DNA of 64,000 bases from an uncultured Clostridium sp. (lineage in GTDB: Bacteria; Bacillota; Clostridia; TANB77; CAG-508). The translations under genes and the position numbers were made by a program. The notes under the pieces were generated by a model that was not told the origin of the DNA, made no database searches, and was given only the letters and a program-made list of their open reading frames with translations. Shown here one piece after another: positions 32,307-43,237 of the stretch (its first letter is position 1; every line of letters begins with the position of its first letter). Where the stretch lies: NCBI GenBank assembly GCA_948470605.1, contig CAOKPI010000001.1, positions 73,581 through 137,580 on the forward strand, read 5' to 3'.

Positions 32307-35300
32307 ATGACAAAGAGAAAAAATCTAATTGTTATAAGTGTTACTATTATGATAACAGTGTTGGCTGTAATCATAGGTTATTCTGTGAGAAAAATTAGTA
32401 TAGTTGATACAAGTAAATTGGCAGAACAGAGAAATACTAGCAAAATAGAGATACCAGAAGAAAGTAAATTAAATACCATTAAAACGCAAGAAATAAATGA
32501 AGCGAATCTATCGGAGAAGCCAAATGTATCTCTTGCATGGCTACACGCAGAAAGTGAGTGGGGGTACCAAAAAATAGGGGATAATTTTTACTTGAAAAAA
32601 GGAAGTAAAATACGTATAGGTGTATTGTTTAATGAAGATGTTTATGATGAATACCGGAGCTGGAGATGACTTTATGATTTCGAACAATCCCGATAATTAT
32701 ATCGTTATAAATTTCTCAAAAAATGATGGTACTACGAAAAGCTGTCACGCTGTTATTGATGGGAATGATAATGGGACAGGAGGGAAAGCTTTTTGTGTTT
32801 ATCAGTATGTGGTAGAAACAGACAATTATTTTGATGGCAGTGCTTACTTGATTACAAACATTAGCATTCCTGAAAATATAGTATTTAATAATGCGGGAAA
32901 TGGTAATAATTCATTCGAAAATGTGCATTTTAGCATAAATGGGAGTTTTTGGAGTCAGAATAATGGAGATGAAAATAAAGACAAAATATACATTGATTCT
33001 GTAGCTCCAAAAATAACTAGAGCATGGATAGATATGGAAAATCAATATGGATATAAACAAGCAGATGGTAACTTTTATTTAAAAAAGGGCAGTAGAATAC
33101 GTGTTGGCATAGTCTTTAATGAAGATGTTTATGATAAAACTGGGAATGATTATATGAGTACAGGTAATCCTCAAAATTATATTAATATATTGTTTAAAAA
33201 CAAGAATGGTGGTGTTAAAAGTTGTCATGCTGTTATTGAGGGAAATAGTGATCCTACGATGGGAAAAAAATATTGTGTTTATCAGTATGTGGTAGAAGAA
33301 GACGATTATTTTGATGGCAATGCTTATATAGACAAGGGGATTTCGATACCAGCTAATACTGTATATGATAAGGTTGGAAATAGTAATGTAATGGACATTC
33401 ATAAACTGGACAGAGGAGGATTGTTATGGAATGACAATTATGATGTGGATAATAACAAAATATACATTGACACGGTAAAACCAAATGCTTCTGATGCATG
33501 GATAGATATAGATAGTAATTATGGATATAAAAAAATTAATGATAAATTTTATTTGAAAAAAGATAATCGAATACGTATCGGAGTAACCTTTACCGAAGAT
33601 GTTTACGAACAGGGAAAGGGTCGGAAATGACTATATGACTCAAAATAATTCTCAAAACTATATTGATATTAAATTTTCAAAAAGTAATGGGAGCACTAAG
33701 ACTTGCCAAGCTAAGATTGTAGGAAATAATACTTCGCAAGGAAGAAAATATTGTATATATCAGTATGTAGTAGAGGAAAATAGCTTTTTTGATGGCAGCG
33801 CTTATATAAGTACAACTATTACAATTCGAGGAAATATTGTATATGATAATGCTGGAAATAGCAATTCATCTCAAACTATACAACTTAGAAGAGATGGAGC
33901 TTTATGGAACAGCAGCTATAATATAGATAATAATAAAATATATGTTGATACTGTGAGACCAAATGTATCTGAAGCATGGATTGATATAGATAGTAATTAT
34001 GGCTACAAACAAAATAATAATAATTTTTATTTAAAAAAGGGAGGTTTCATACGTATTAAGGTAACATTTACTGAAAATGTTTATGACCAAGGAAAAAGTG
34101 GAAATGACTATATGACTCAAAATAACTCTCGAAATTATATATTTGTTAACTTTTCAAAAAGTGATGGAAGTAGTAAGCAATGCAAGGCTTTTATTCAATC
34201 CAACAATAGTTCTGAAGGAAGACAACATTGTGTTTATCAGTATCAGGTAGAAGAAGACAGTTATTTTGATGGTAGTGCTTATATAACTACAAGCATTACG
34301 ATTCCTGAGAATATTGTATATGATAATGTTGGAAATGGCAATTTGTCTCAAAGTAAAGAACTTAAAAGAGGCGGAAATTTATGGAATAATAATTATGATG
34401 CAGATAATAACAAAATATATATTGATATTATAAAACCAAATGCGTTAGATGCTTGGATTGATGTAGATAGTAATTGGGGATATAGAAAAGTAGATGATAA
34501 CTTTTATTTAAAAAAAGGTAGTAAAATACGAGTTGGCGTAACTTTTAACGAGAATGTTTATGACCAAGGAAAAAGTCGGAAATGACTATATGGCTCAAAA
34601 TAATCCTCAAAATTATATCAATATCAGCTTTACAAAGAGTAATGGAAGTACTAAAACTTGTAGAGCACTGATTGAAGGAAATAATAGCTCTTCAGGAAGA
34701 AAATTTTGTGTTTATCAGTATGTAATCGAAGAAGATAACTTTTTTGATGGCAGTGCGTATGTAACTACCAATATTACAATTCCACCAAATATTGTATATG
34801 ATAGCATTGGAAATAGCAATTCATCTCAAACTATACAGCTTAGAAGAGCAGGAATATTATGGAATAACAATTATAATATAAATAATAATAAAATTTATAT
34901 TGATACCATAGCACCAGAAATTATAGACTATTCTAAAGATGGAGCAGTATATAAACAAGGTGAATTGATGAACTGGAATATAACATTTTCAGAACCAATT
35001 TCTAAAGGAAATGTGATAGTAAGATATCATGATTCACCAGATATTACTACCAATGCGAATGAGATAACTACAAATGCAGGAAATTATCAAAGTAATAGAA
35101 TGTTTAATCATACTGTTAAAGCTGGTGAAAATAATTATAGGGAATTATATTTTTATGATTATACAGACAAAGCAGGTAATGAATTGGTAGACAGTAGAAA
35201 TTGGAAAGCGCCTGCAGGTTATGAAAATAATCAATGTGCTGATACAACGCCACCTGAGCTTACCATTTCACATACGATGAGTGGAAATATTGTAAATTAT

Positions 35301-36794
35301 AATTTTACTTTGTCAGATAATTCTAGTGTATGGAGAAAGACAAATGGACAGTTAATGACGAAAGCAGGAATTGCTTCAAATAGTTTAACGATTTCAGATG
35401 TTATTTTAGCTAATGGTACAATAATAAGTCATGCTGAAGATAATAATGGAAATTTAGCTTCTCTTGAAGTTTTAATTAATGGAGAAGGAAAGCAAATATT
35501 GTATATAAAAGAAGGTGCGTGGTCAGATGCGGTAGGAAACAAAGCATTAGCTTCAGAATATGAAGTGATTATAGATACAAAGCCACCTCATATATATAAT
35601 GTAGATAAATCACCATGTACTTGGACAAATGGAGATGTTCAGTTGACAGTATTCGCAGAAGATGAAGGCTATGGAATAGATGCTTATAGTTTTGATGATG
35701 GTCAAAATTGGCAAACTGAAAATATATATACAGTAAGTGAAAATAAACAAATAAAAATACAAGTAAGAGATAAAGGAGGTAGCATAGCAACTCAAATAAT
35801 TGAAGTAGACAATATTGATAAAACAATTCCAATATTAGAACTTAATAAACAGGAGAATGACAAAGAAAGTGCTAAAATAATAATTAGAGGTTCTGATAAC
35901 GAGTCAGGAATAGCAGGTTGTAGTATAAATGGAATAGATGTGACTTTAGAAAGGGGTAATTATCAATTTACAACAACACAAAATGGGACTTATACTGTTA
36001 CCATATATGACAAAGCAGGAAATTCAACAACAAAAACCATTGATATAACTAATATTGACACATCAGGAATTCCTAATGCTACTATCATGTATCTAATCAA
36101 TGGTGGAGATTATATTTTAAATCCTGATTTTAAAGCTAAATTAACAGAAGAAGTTGTTGTTACAAATGTGTCTGTTCGCAATATTGATTATACATGGACA
36201 GATAGTGAACAAGAGCCACAAACATGGGAAAATAATAGTTCTGATATGAGATTTAGGACAGAGAAAGAAGTTGATAAAGCAGGCGAATATTATTTACATG
36301 TAAAGGTAACAGATACAAATGGAAAAGTAACAAAAAGTCATTCTAATGCATTCTGTGTAAAGGAATTTCCTATAAAGATAGATGATTCTATTGTGACAGA
36401 AGAGATAGATGGTACAAGATATATAATTCTTCCAAAAGAAACAGAAAGTAGAGAGTTACTAGAAAAGATTACAAGTGAAAAATATATAATGAAAATAAAA
36501 GATGCAGAAGGTACTAAAGATAATACAGGAAAAATAAGAACAGGAGATGTTCTTTATATAGAAGCAGAAGAAGGCAACTTTAAATTATATAAGATTTGTG
36601 TACTAGGTGATGTTAATAAAGATGGACTAATTAATATAATTGATATTTTTCAGGTAAATCAACGCCGATTAGAAAAAGTGGAGTTTGATATAGAACAATT
36701 AATTTCTGCTGATGTAAACAGGGATAAGAATGTGAACATTGATGATATTTTTCGCATGAATCAATACAGATTGGAAATAATTGAAAGTTTTTAA
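32307..36794 (+). CDS. Large surface protein (~1494 aa) with five ~160-aa repeats, Ig-like modules and C-terminal dockerin; joined by three +1 shifts at CGGA (32655, 33622, 34577)
   Basis: Four consecutive ORFs; repeats AW.D...YGY..FYLKK..IR; dockerin GDVNKDGLINIID...ADVNRDKNVNIDD. Confidence 0.8.
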
Positions 36795-36850
36795 AAAGTA
36801 TTGACTATATAGCTTTTAAGAGATATGATTACTTATAGGGGGAATAAGTA

Positions 36851-37822
36851 ATGAGAAAAATTCAAGTATTATTAATTTTTATCCTTTCAGTACTCATAGT
36901 ATTTACACAAAATGTACACGCAGTAGATATAAATCAAGTAACAATAACAAGTGATAAAACAGAAGTAAAACCTATGGAGACTTTCGTAATAACAGTTTCT
37001 GCAAACAGTAATAGTTCAATAGATGGATTAAGTAGTGAAATGAAATTTAATGAAAATATTCTCGAAATAGTTTCTTCACAATTAGTGGATAATACGAACT
37101 GGGCTGATTTAGATACTTTTCCAAAGTTAATAGCAATATGGAAAACACAGAATTCAGATGTATCTAAGGCTGATATATATAAAATTACTTTTAAAGTAAA
37201 AAGTGGTATAGTTCAACAAGATACTAATATTCGCTTATCTAATATTATATTATCAACAGCACTTAATGGTCAAAATCCAATTAAAGATGCAGAAACAATA
37301 ATTCATATAAAATCGACTGGAAATGAAGGAGACAACAATGGAGGAAATGGAGACAACACAGGAGGAGATAACAACGGAGGAAATGGAGATAATACAGGAG
37401 GAGATAACAACGGAGGAAATGGAGACAATATAGGAGGAGATAACAACGGAGGAAATGGAGACAATACAGGAGGAGACAACAACGGAGGAAATGGAGATAA
37501 TACAGGAGGAGACAACAACGGAGGAAATGGAGATAATACAGGAGGAGACAACAACGGAGGAAATGGAGACAATATAGGAGGAGATAACAACGGAGACAAA
37601 GGGAATACCTATGATAAAGATGATTTGAATAATTTATATAATAAAAGTGATAAGTCTACAGTTACAGGAAATGGTTCTAAATATACAGATTTAACTGTTA
37701 GTGGAAAAGGATTACCATTTGCAGGAGGAATATTAGGTAAAATTATATTAGTTTCTATAATTGTATTTACTATATTGGGTGTTTATCAATATATATTATA
37801 TAGAAAATATAAGAATATTTAA
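36851..37822 (+). CDS. Cohesin-like domain protein with Gly/Asn linker and sortase-like anchor
   Basis: Signal peptide, beta-rich domain (FNENILEIVS, YKITFKVK), LPFAG + TM + basic tail; directly after the dockerin gene. Confidence 0.7.
   Translation: MRKIQVLLIFILSVLIVFTQNVHAVDINQVTITSDKTEVKPMETFVITVSANSNSSIDGLSSEMKFNENILEIVSSQLVDNTNWADLDTFPKLIAIWKTQNSDVSKADIYKITFKVKSGIVQQDTNIRLSNIILSTALNGQNPIKDAETIIHIKSTGNEGDNNGGNGDNTGGDNNGGNGDNTGGDNNGGNGDNIGGDNNGGNGDNTGGDNNGGNGDNTGGDNNGGNGDNTGGDNNGGNGDNIGGDNNGDKGNTYDKDDLNNLYNKSDKSTVTGNGSKYTDLTVSGKGLPFAGGILGKIILVSIIVFTILGVYQYILYRKYKNI
37328..37597 (+). repeat. 36-bp coding tandem repeat x~7.5 (GGDNNGGNGDNT/I)
   Basis: Seen directly in DNA and protein. Confidence 0.95.
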
Positions 37823-37849
37823 ATTATTAAGAGAAAAGAGGGGGTCCTA

Positions 37850-38550
37850 TAAATGGGGATATTTATATAATAATCCTAATCAAAATGTTACACCTATCAA
37901 AGTTCATAAAAAAGAAATTGAATGTTATTCTCCAGAAGATGTTAAAAAATTGATTGAAGTCTTGCAAAAAGAACCTTTTAAATATCAAGCTGTCATTTTA
38001 TTAGCTTTAGATAGTGGTTGTAGACATGGTGAATTAACAGGGCTTACATGGAATGATGTTGACTTTGAAAAGTCAACTATAAATATCAATAAGGCTACTC
38101 AATATGTTTCTGGCTATGGTACTTTTGAAAAAACAACTAAATCAGATACAAGTAACAGAATTGTATATATTACTCCTACCACCATTCAAGTATTAAAGAA
38201 AATATAAAGCAGAACAAGACAAACAAAGGCTTTTATTGGGTAACAAATGGCAATATTCAACTATAGTTTTTACAACAGATTATGGCGAGGACATGCACCC
38301 AGATAGACCGTATAAAATATTAAAACAAATTATAAAAAAATATGACTTGAAAGATATTATTTTTCATGGTTTAAGACATACGAGCATATCTTTGCAAATA
38401 AGTAGTGGAATACAAACACAAATTATAAGTAAAAGAGCTGGACATTCTAACATATCAATAACACATAGTATATATTCACATTTCTTCGATAATGGTTTCA
38501 AAGAAGTTGCTGACAAGATGGACACTTTTTTACATGATAAATCAGTATAA
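37850..38550 (+). pseudogene. N-terminally truncated, frameshifted tyrosine integrase (remnant of a third tRNA-Pro element)
   Basis: GCRHGE, FHGLRHT, RAGHS, IYSH; extra A near 38200. Confidence 0.8.
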
Positions 38551-38717
38551 GTAAGTATCTATCTAACAATTTCTAATATTATCAATAGGTATATAAAAAT
38601 TATATAAGAAGCGGTTACAAACATTTAAAAAACCGCTTCTTTTCAATATTCTGAAATTATTATTTTTACTAAAAAAATATATTTGACATTTTCTTAAAAT
38701 CTATGTATAATATTAGT

Positions 38718-38801
38718 ATAGGAAATGGAGAAACCACAAACGTGGTTCGCCAGTATAAATGATTGCACATCTACACCGCCAAGTGAACAGATGTGTTTTT
38801 T
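38718..38801 (+). ncRNA. Putative type I antitoxin RNA
   Basis: TTGACA(38683)-17-TATAAT(38706); terminator CACATCT...AGATGTG-T6; convergent on the toxin ORF. Confidence 0.55.
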
Positions 38802-38806
38802 ATTGG

Positions 38807-38926
38807 TTATTTTTGTTTGCTAATAATTACAACTAAAGCTATAATCAAGGCAAACGTAATGATAGTCGTTCCTAGTAACGAATAAAATAATATGTATATA
38901 ACAACTAGTAAATATGTTTCTATCAT
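38807..38926 (-). CDS. Putative type I toxin, 39 aa (MIETYLLVVIYILFYSLLGTTIITFALIIALVVIISKQK)
   Basis: Not in the ORF track; RBS GAGGTGAGG; hydrophobic with basic tail; promoter TTGCAT(39016)-17-TATAGT. Confidence 0.7.
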   Translation of the reverse strand: MIETYLLVVIYILFYSLLGTTIITFALIIALVVIISKQK

Positions 38927-39230
38927 ACGCCTCACCTCTTTGTTGGAGGCAAACCACATCTGCTTATTCTCATTTCCTACAATAATTACTATACAATACT
39001 ATTTTATAAAATGCAAGTAAACAGAATAAATTTTGTATTTTTATAAGTTTTAAAAAATTCGTCACTTTTTCGTCACTTTTTAAAACAAAAATAAAAAATA
39101 GCAAGTTTTGTATTCCTTGCTATTCCTGCGTTTTACCTTGTAAAAAGGTGGTCGAGGCGACGAGAGTTTGCATTTTAAACTTGTTTATTTTCTAGCATTT
39201 TCAGTTTTTTTGAATGTAATTTGAATGCAA

Positions 39231-39440
39231 TTAGCCATTACAAACATGTGCTAATAAAACTAGTAGACCAAATGAAGCAAGTATCCCTAATACTTTCCAT
39301 AAAAAATTTGACATTATATTAACAAAGACTTGTTTCCAAAATCCATCTTTAGACTTTTCTTTTACTTCTAAATTGATATCTGCATTCTCTATAAAATTTG
39401 AATTTTTTATTTTATTATTATCTCCAATCTTAGTCCCCAT
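39231..39440 (-). CDS. Small protein with N-terminal IGDNNKIKNSNF motif and C-terminal TM helix
   Basis: TAATG overlap with the upstream gene; RBS AGGAGG; FLWKVLGILASFGLLVLLAHV. Confidence 0.7.
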   Translation of the reverse strand: MGTKIGDNNKIKNSNFIENADINLEVKEKSKDGFWKQVFVNIMSNFLWKVLGILASFGLLVLLAHVCNG

Positions 39441-40108
39441 TACTTTCTTCCTCCTAATTTTTGAAAAAGATTATTTTTTAGCTTATTACTATCTCCTATT
39501 GTTACAGAATTATCTTCATAAATAATAATATTTAACTTATTATTTAATTCTTCTAATTTTTTGCCTGTAGTATCAATATCTAAATCATCTAAACACCCAA
39601 ATTCTTTATCTAGCTCTATAAGTACCTTTAGCAATTTCGTTCTTATTATACTTAATATTTTATTAAATGTCTCTTTAGTATATTTCATATAAATACTTAT
39701 ACATTGTATTTCTGTAGTATGATATACAATAGGAGCTAAATCTGTTAAATCTTTACCAACACCATTGCAATTATCATCTGAAGCAAATTTTTCAATTGAT
39801 GATATATCCTGTGAAAAACTATTATTTTTTAATTTTTCTAAAATATCACTATCTACAGCTCCAGTAGGTAAGGGTTGTGCTGTTACTTGAAAATTTCCAT
39901 TAATCCCAGAATATATAATTTGCCCTAGTCCACTTTTCCTATATGATGGTATTCGTGCTTGACTAGGATAGCCATCTAGTTCATTTGTTGCCCAATCTAT
40001 CAAGTTTTGATTTCCAACATCTGATGCGATTATTAGTAATCTATTAAATGCAACTTCTAATGATATTTCTTTATTTGCTATTTCCTTTATAATTTTACTT
40101 TTTGCCAT
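39440..40108 (-). CDS. AbiTii-like domain protein (candidate abortive infection)
   Basis: SLEVAFNRLLIIAS...LIDWATNELDGY..IPSYR matches my recollection of the AbiTii N-terminal pattern. Confidence 0.7.
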   Translation of the reverse strand: MAKSKIIKEIANKEISLEVAFNRLLIIASDVGNQNLIDWATNELDGYPSQARIPSYRKSGLGQIIYSGINGNFQVTAQPLPTGAVDSDILEKLKNNSFSQDISSIEKFASDDNCNGVGKDLTDLAPIVYHTTEIQCISIYMKYTKETFNKILSIIRTKLLKVLIELDKEFGCLDDLDIDTTGKKLEELNNKLNIIIYEDNSVTIGDSNKLKNNLFQKLGGRK

Positions 40109-40119
40109 AAATAAAACCT

Positions 40120-40800
40120 CTACTCTTTATATCTAAATTTTTTCATTCTTTCTTCTTCTCTAGTAGATACTTCCTTTAGCCATTCAGCTAAACCTATACT
40201 ATCATTATTTCTTAAAAATTCAAAATACTTTACCCTATCTTCTTTTGCTATAACGACAGGTGCTAAATTATTTTTTAATAATTCATAATTTATAAGCAAT
40301 CTTCCTGTTCTACCATTTCCATCTTCAAAAGGATGTATTTTTTCAAATTCAATATGATATTTAGCAATTTTAGCAAATATGTCTTGTTCATGGTGATTAT
40401 AATTGTATATATAATACATCATTAAGTTTGGCACTTTTTCTGGTTCTGGTGGAATATGTTCACTACCTTGAATAAATACTTGTACAGCTCTATAACCTTC
40501 CGTATCTTTAATATCTCTATTTATAGTTTCATTTAATTTCTTTATAAATCTTTCATCAAATTCTTCATTGTTTTGTAAATTTTTAAAAACTAATTCTAAG
40601 GCTTTTTTATGATTTATAGCTTCATATATTTCTCTTGGCTCTTTTCCTTCGATTTTAAAGCTATTGTCGTTGTAAAGAATAGCATAAGTTTCAGCATAAG
40701 TAAGTGTACTTCCTTCAATAGCATTTGAATGGTAAGTACTTCTTGTTATTAAGTCCTCTAAATATTCTTTGTTATTTAAAATAAATTCTAAAATAGTCAT
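40120..40800 (-). CDS. Fic family protein
   Basis: SNAIEG and canonical HPFEDGNGRTGR. Confidence 0.92.
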   Translation of the reverse strand: MTILEFILNNKEYLEDLITRSTYHSNAIEGSTLTYAETYAILYNDNSFKIEGKEPREIYEAINHKKALELVFKNLQNNEEFDERFIKKLNETINRDIKDTEGYRAVQVFIQGSEHIPPEPEKVPNLMMYYIYNYNHHEQDIFAKIAKYHIEFEKIHPFEDGNGRTGRLLINYELLKNNLAPVVIAKEDRVKYFEFLRNNDSIGLAEWLKEVSTREEERMKKFRYKE

Positions 40801-40814
40801 AAATTTCTCCTTTT

Positions 40815-41564
40815 CTATAATCTACTCATTATATCAATATATTCACCAGTAGTTAGCACTGTTTTGGGCAAATGTAATTGTGTGTAATAAGAATCATTAT
40901 TTTTTTGATATATAGCATCTATAATTTTGCAATTTTCATCTTTATCAATTAACATCGCTAATCCCAACACATTATATTTTTTAGCTAGTTTGGCAGTATA
41001 TAGTGCTACTCTATCAATTGCATTTATTGGTAATTCTTCATCATCAAAAGAGTCTATCTCAACAATTATAATGCTATTTTCTAAATTGTTAATTTGCATT
41101 AAAATTTGTGGCTTAGGATCTTCGCTATTCTCAAAATCATTAAATATATTGTCTATTTCTAATATTGAAATATTTACATTTGATTTAGATTCTCCATAAG
41201 TAGTTTTACCAACTCCACAACAAAGTTCGTTTATTGCAATAATTATTGAGTTTTCATTTTTATAAGAATCTTTTACATTGTCAATTTTACTTTTTAAATG
41301 ATTGTATTTTTTCTGAATAATAGAAATATCTAAGGTACCTCTATCACTTTCATTAACAAATACGTCTGGTGTTCTTCCAAGTAAGTAATCAATTGAAACA
41401 TTAAATATTGTAGCAAGCTTTTTTATTGCTTCTATATTTGGTTCTCTCATATCTAATTCATATTTTGATATTGCTGCAGATTCTACCCCTAATCTAGTTG
41501 CAATATCTTTTTGAGTAAGTCCATTTTTTTCTCTTAAATACTTTATTCTTTCCCCATTTGTCAT
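40815..41564 (-). CDS. XRE-family HTH repressor with C-terminal extension (start reassigned to 41564)
   Basis: RIKYLREKNGLTQKDIA..ISKYE..P..FNVSIDYLLG; RBS AAGGAG. Confidence 0.85.
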   Translation of the reverse strand: MTNGERIKYLREKNGLTQKDIATRLGVESAAISKYELDMREPNIEAIKKLATIFNVSIDYLLGRTPDVFVNESDRGTLDISIIQKKYNHLKSKIDNVKDSYKNENSIIIAINELCCGVGKTTYGESKSNVNISILEIDNIFNDFENSEDPKPQILMQINNLENSIIIVEIDSFDDEELPINAIDRVALYTAKLAKKYNVLGLAMLIDKDENCKIIDAIYQKNNDSYYTQLHLPKTVLTTGEYIDIMSRL

Positions 41565-41602
41565 AGTTTTGCTCCTTTTTAATTTATGTTTAAATTTTAT
41601 CA

Positions 41603-41828
41603 TATCCATTTTGGAAAGTCAATCAAATCTATTTATTTCAATAAATTTTTAATATTGAAGTTATACAAAGTTTAAAAACTTTTCAAAAATTTTGAAAAAG
41701 GCATTGACATTTTATCCATTTTGGATTATTATATTTTTATCCAAAACGGATAGTTAAATTTGAAGGGAGGTTATAGTTAATAAAAGTAAATGTCTATTTT
41801 TTTACTTGTCAAGTATCCAAAATGGATA
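41603..41828. promoter_or_regulatory. Divergent switch region with four TATCCAnnnTGGATA-type operators
   Basis: Sites at 41603, 41713, 41738, 41814; one lies between TTGACA(41704) and TATTAT(41727). Confidence 0.75.
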
Positions 41829-41857
41829 AATAATAAATTTCAAAGGAGGACAAAATT

Positions 41858-42103
41858 GTGAATGAGAATTTTAGTGAAGAACTTAAGAAAGAATTAGTAA
41901 AACAAGCAGTTAAAAGCTTAGAAGATCCATTTAAAATGCTAACTGTAAAAGATGTAGCAAAAGACTTATATATGGGAGAAAACAAAACAAACGAAATTTT
42001 TAATCGTGCAGACTTCCCTTCTGTAAACATAGGCAAAACTAGAAAAATACAAAAAATCGCTTATATTTTATGGAAGATGGAAAAAAGGATTGATGTTATA
42101 TGA
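41858..42103 (+). CDS. Excisionase-like HTH protein
   Basis: LTVKDVAKDL..GENK..FNRADFPSVNIG. Confidence 0.75.
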   Translation: MNENFSEELKKELVKQAVKSLEDPFKMLTVKDVAKDLYMGENKTNEIFNRADFPSVNIGKTRKIQKIAYILWKMEKRIDVI

Positions 42104-42263
42104 AAAAAATTAAAAAGCATTTATACAAAAGTTCACTTTGGAGAGCAGACTTTTGCACAAATGCCACATAAAGATATTTCTAATCTTTATAAGAATAGTA
42201 TATCATTTTTCCTTATATTTAACAATAGAGAAACAAGTATAATTACTAGAAAGTGAGAGAAAA

Positions 42264-43067
42264 ATGGAAAAAGTAAAAAGATATTATTGGATAAAGCTAA
42301 AAACAGATTTCTTTAATTCAGATGAAATAGACTTTTTATTATCACAAAAAGATGGTTGTCAATACATAGTTCTATATCAAATGCTATGCTTACAAACTGC
42401 TAACAACAATGGGGAATTAGCATCAAGAGCTGGAGAAATGATTGTTCCATACAAGCCTGAAAAAATTGCAAGAGATACTAAATATTTTAGTATAGATACT
42501 GTTATTGTAGCTTTAGAACTATTTAAAAAATTGCATCTAATTTATATAGATAATGGAGATTGTTTAAAAATAGCAGGTTTTGAAAATATGGTAGGTAGTG
42601 AAACAGCTTGGGCAAAACAAAAAAGAGCACAAAGAGAAAAACAAAAATTATTAGGTGGACATTGTCCAGCAGATAGTCCACAAGAGATAGATATAGATAA
42701 AGAGTCAGATATAAAGTTAGATAAAGATATAGAAAGTGATGAATTGAAAGATAGATTTAATTTTATTAATTTAAAATTAAATAAAATAAACCTAGTTCAA
42801 GAAGAAACAACAGGATATAACGCAATTTTTAGTCAAAAGAAAATATATTTTTCAAGCATAGAATATTTGCCAGAAAATTTATTAACTCAAATAAAACTAT
42901 ATCAATTAGCAATAAAAAGATTGTATGACAATAAGCAAGCTGAATTATTAGAAAAAGTTACTTTACCTATACTAGAAAAAGTATTTGGTAATATTTTGAA
43001 AAGTAAAGATATTGAAAACATAGTAGAATATTATATTTCAAGTTTAATTAATGAACTTGCAAAATAG
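42264..43067 (+). CDS. Phage replisome organizer N-terminal domain protein
   Basis: YYWIKLKTDFF, MVGSET. Confidence 0.8.
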   Translation: MEKVKRYYWIKLKTDFFNSDEIDFLLSQKDGCQYIVLYQMLCLQTANNNGELASRAGEMIVPYKPEKIARDTKYFSIDTVIVALELFKKLHLIYIDNGDCLKIAGFENMVGSETAWAKQKRAQREKQKLLGGHCPADSPQEIDIDKESDIKLDKDIESDELKDRFNFINLKLNKINLVQEETTGYNAIFSQKKIYFSSIEYLPENLLTQIKLYQLAIKRLYDNKQAELLEKVTLPILEKVFGNILKSKDIENIVEYYISSLINELAK

Positions 43068-43237
43068 CAATATCCATTATAGATTTGCAGGAGGTGAAAA
43101 AGTTTGCCTTAAGTAATATCTAATAAGATTATACTAAAGAATAGTCTAATTAGAAAGGTTATTTAAAATATAAAATATGTTTATGAAATCTATATTAAAT
43201 AAACCTTATAAACATATTATACGAGGAGGTCAAGATT

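Noticed and set aside
37328-37597. 36-bp repeats as a CRISPR array
   Set aside because: Head-to-tail coding repeats without spacers; no cas genes in the window.
37303-37599. Pro-rich antisense ORF and other short antisense or alternate-frame ORFs in the track
   Set aside because: Shadows of longer, motif-bearing genes with no RBS or recognisable motifs.
37761-37849. N-terminus of ORF 37761-38207
   Set aside because: Overlaps the cohesin gene end; integrase similarity begins only at about KWGYL (37850).
38195-38210. Integrase frameshift as programmed recoding
   Set aside because: Extra A in a gene that is already N-terminally truncated; no CGG.
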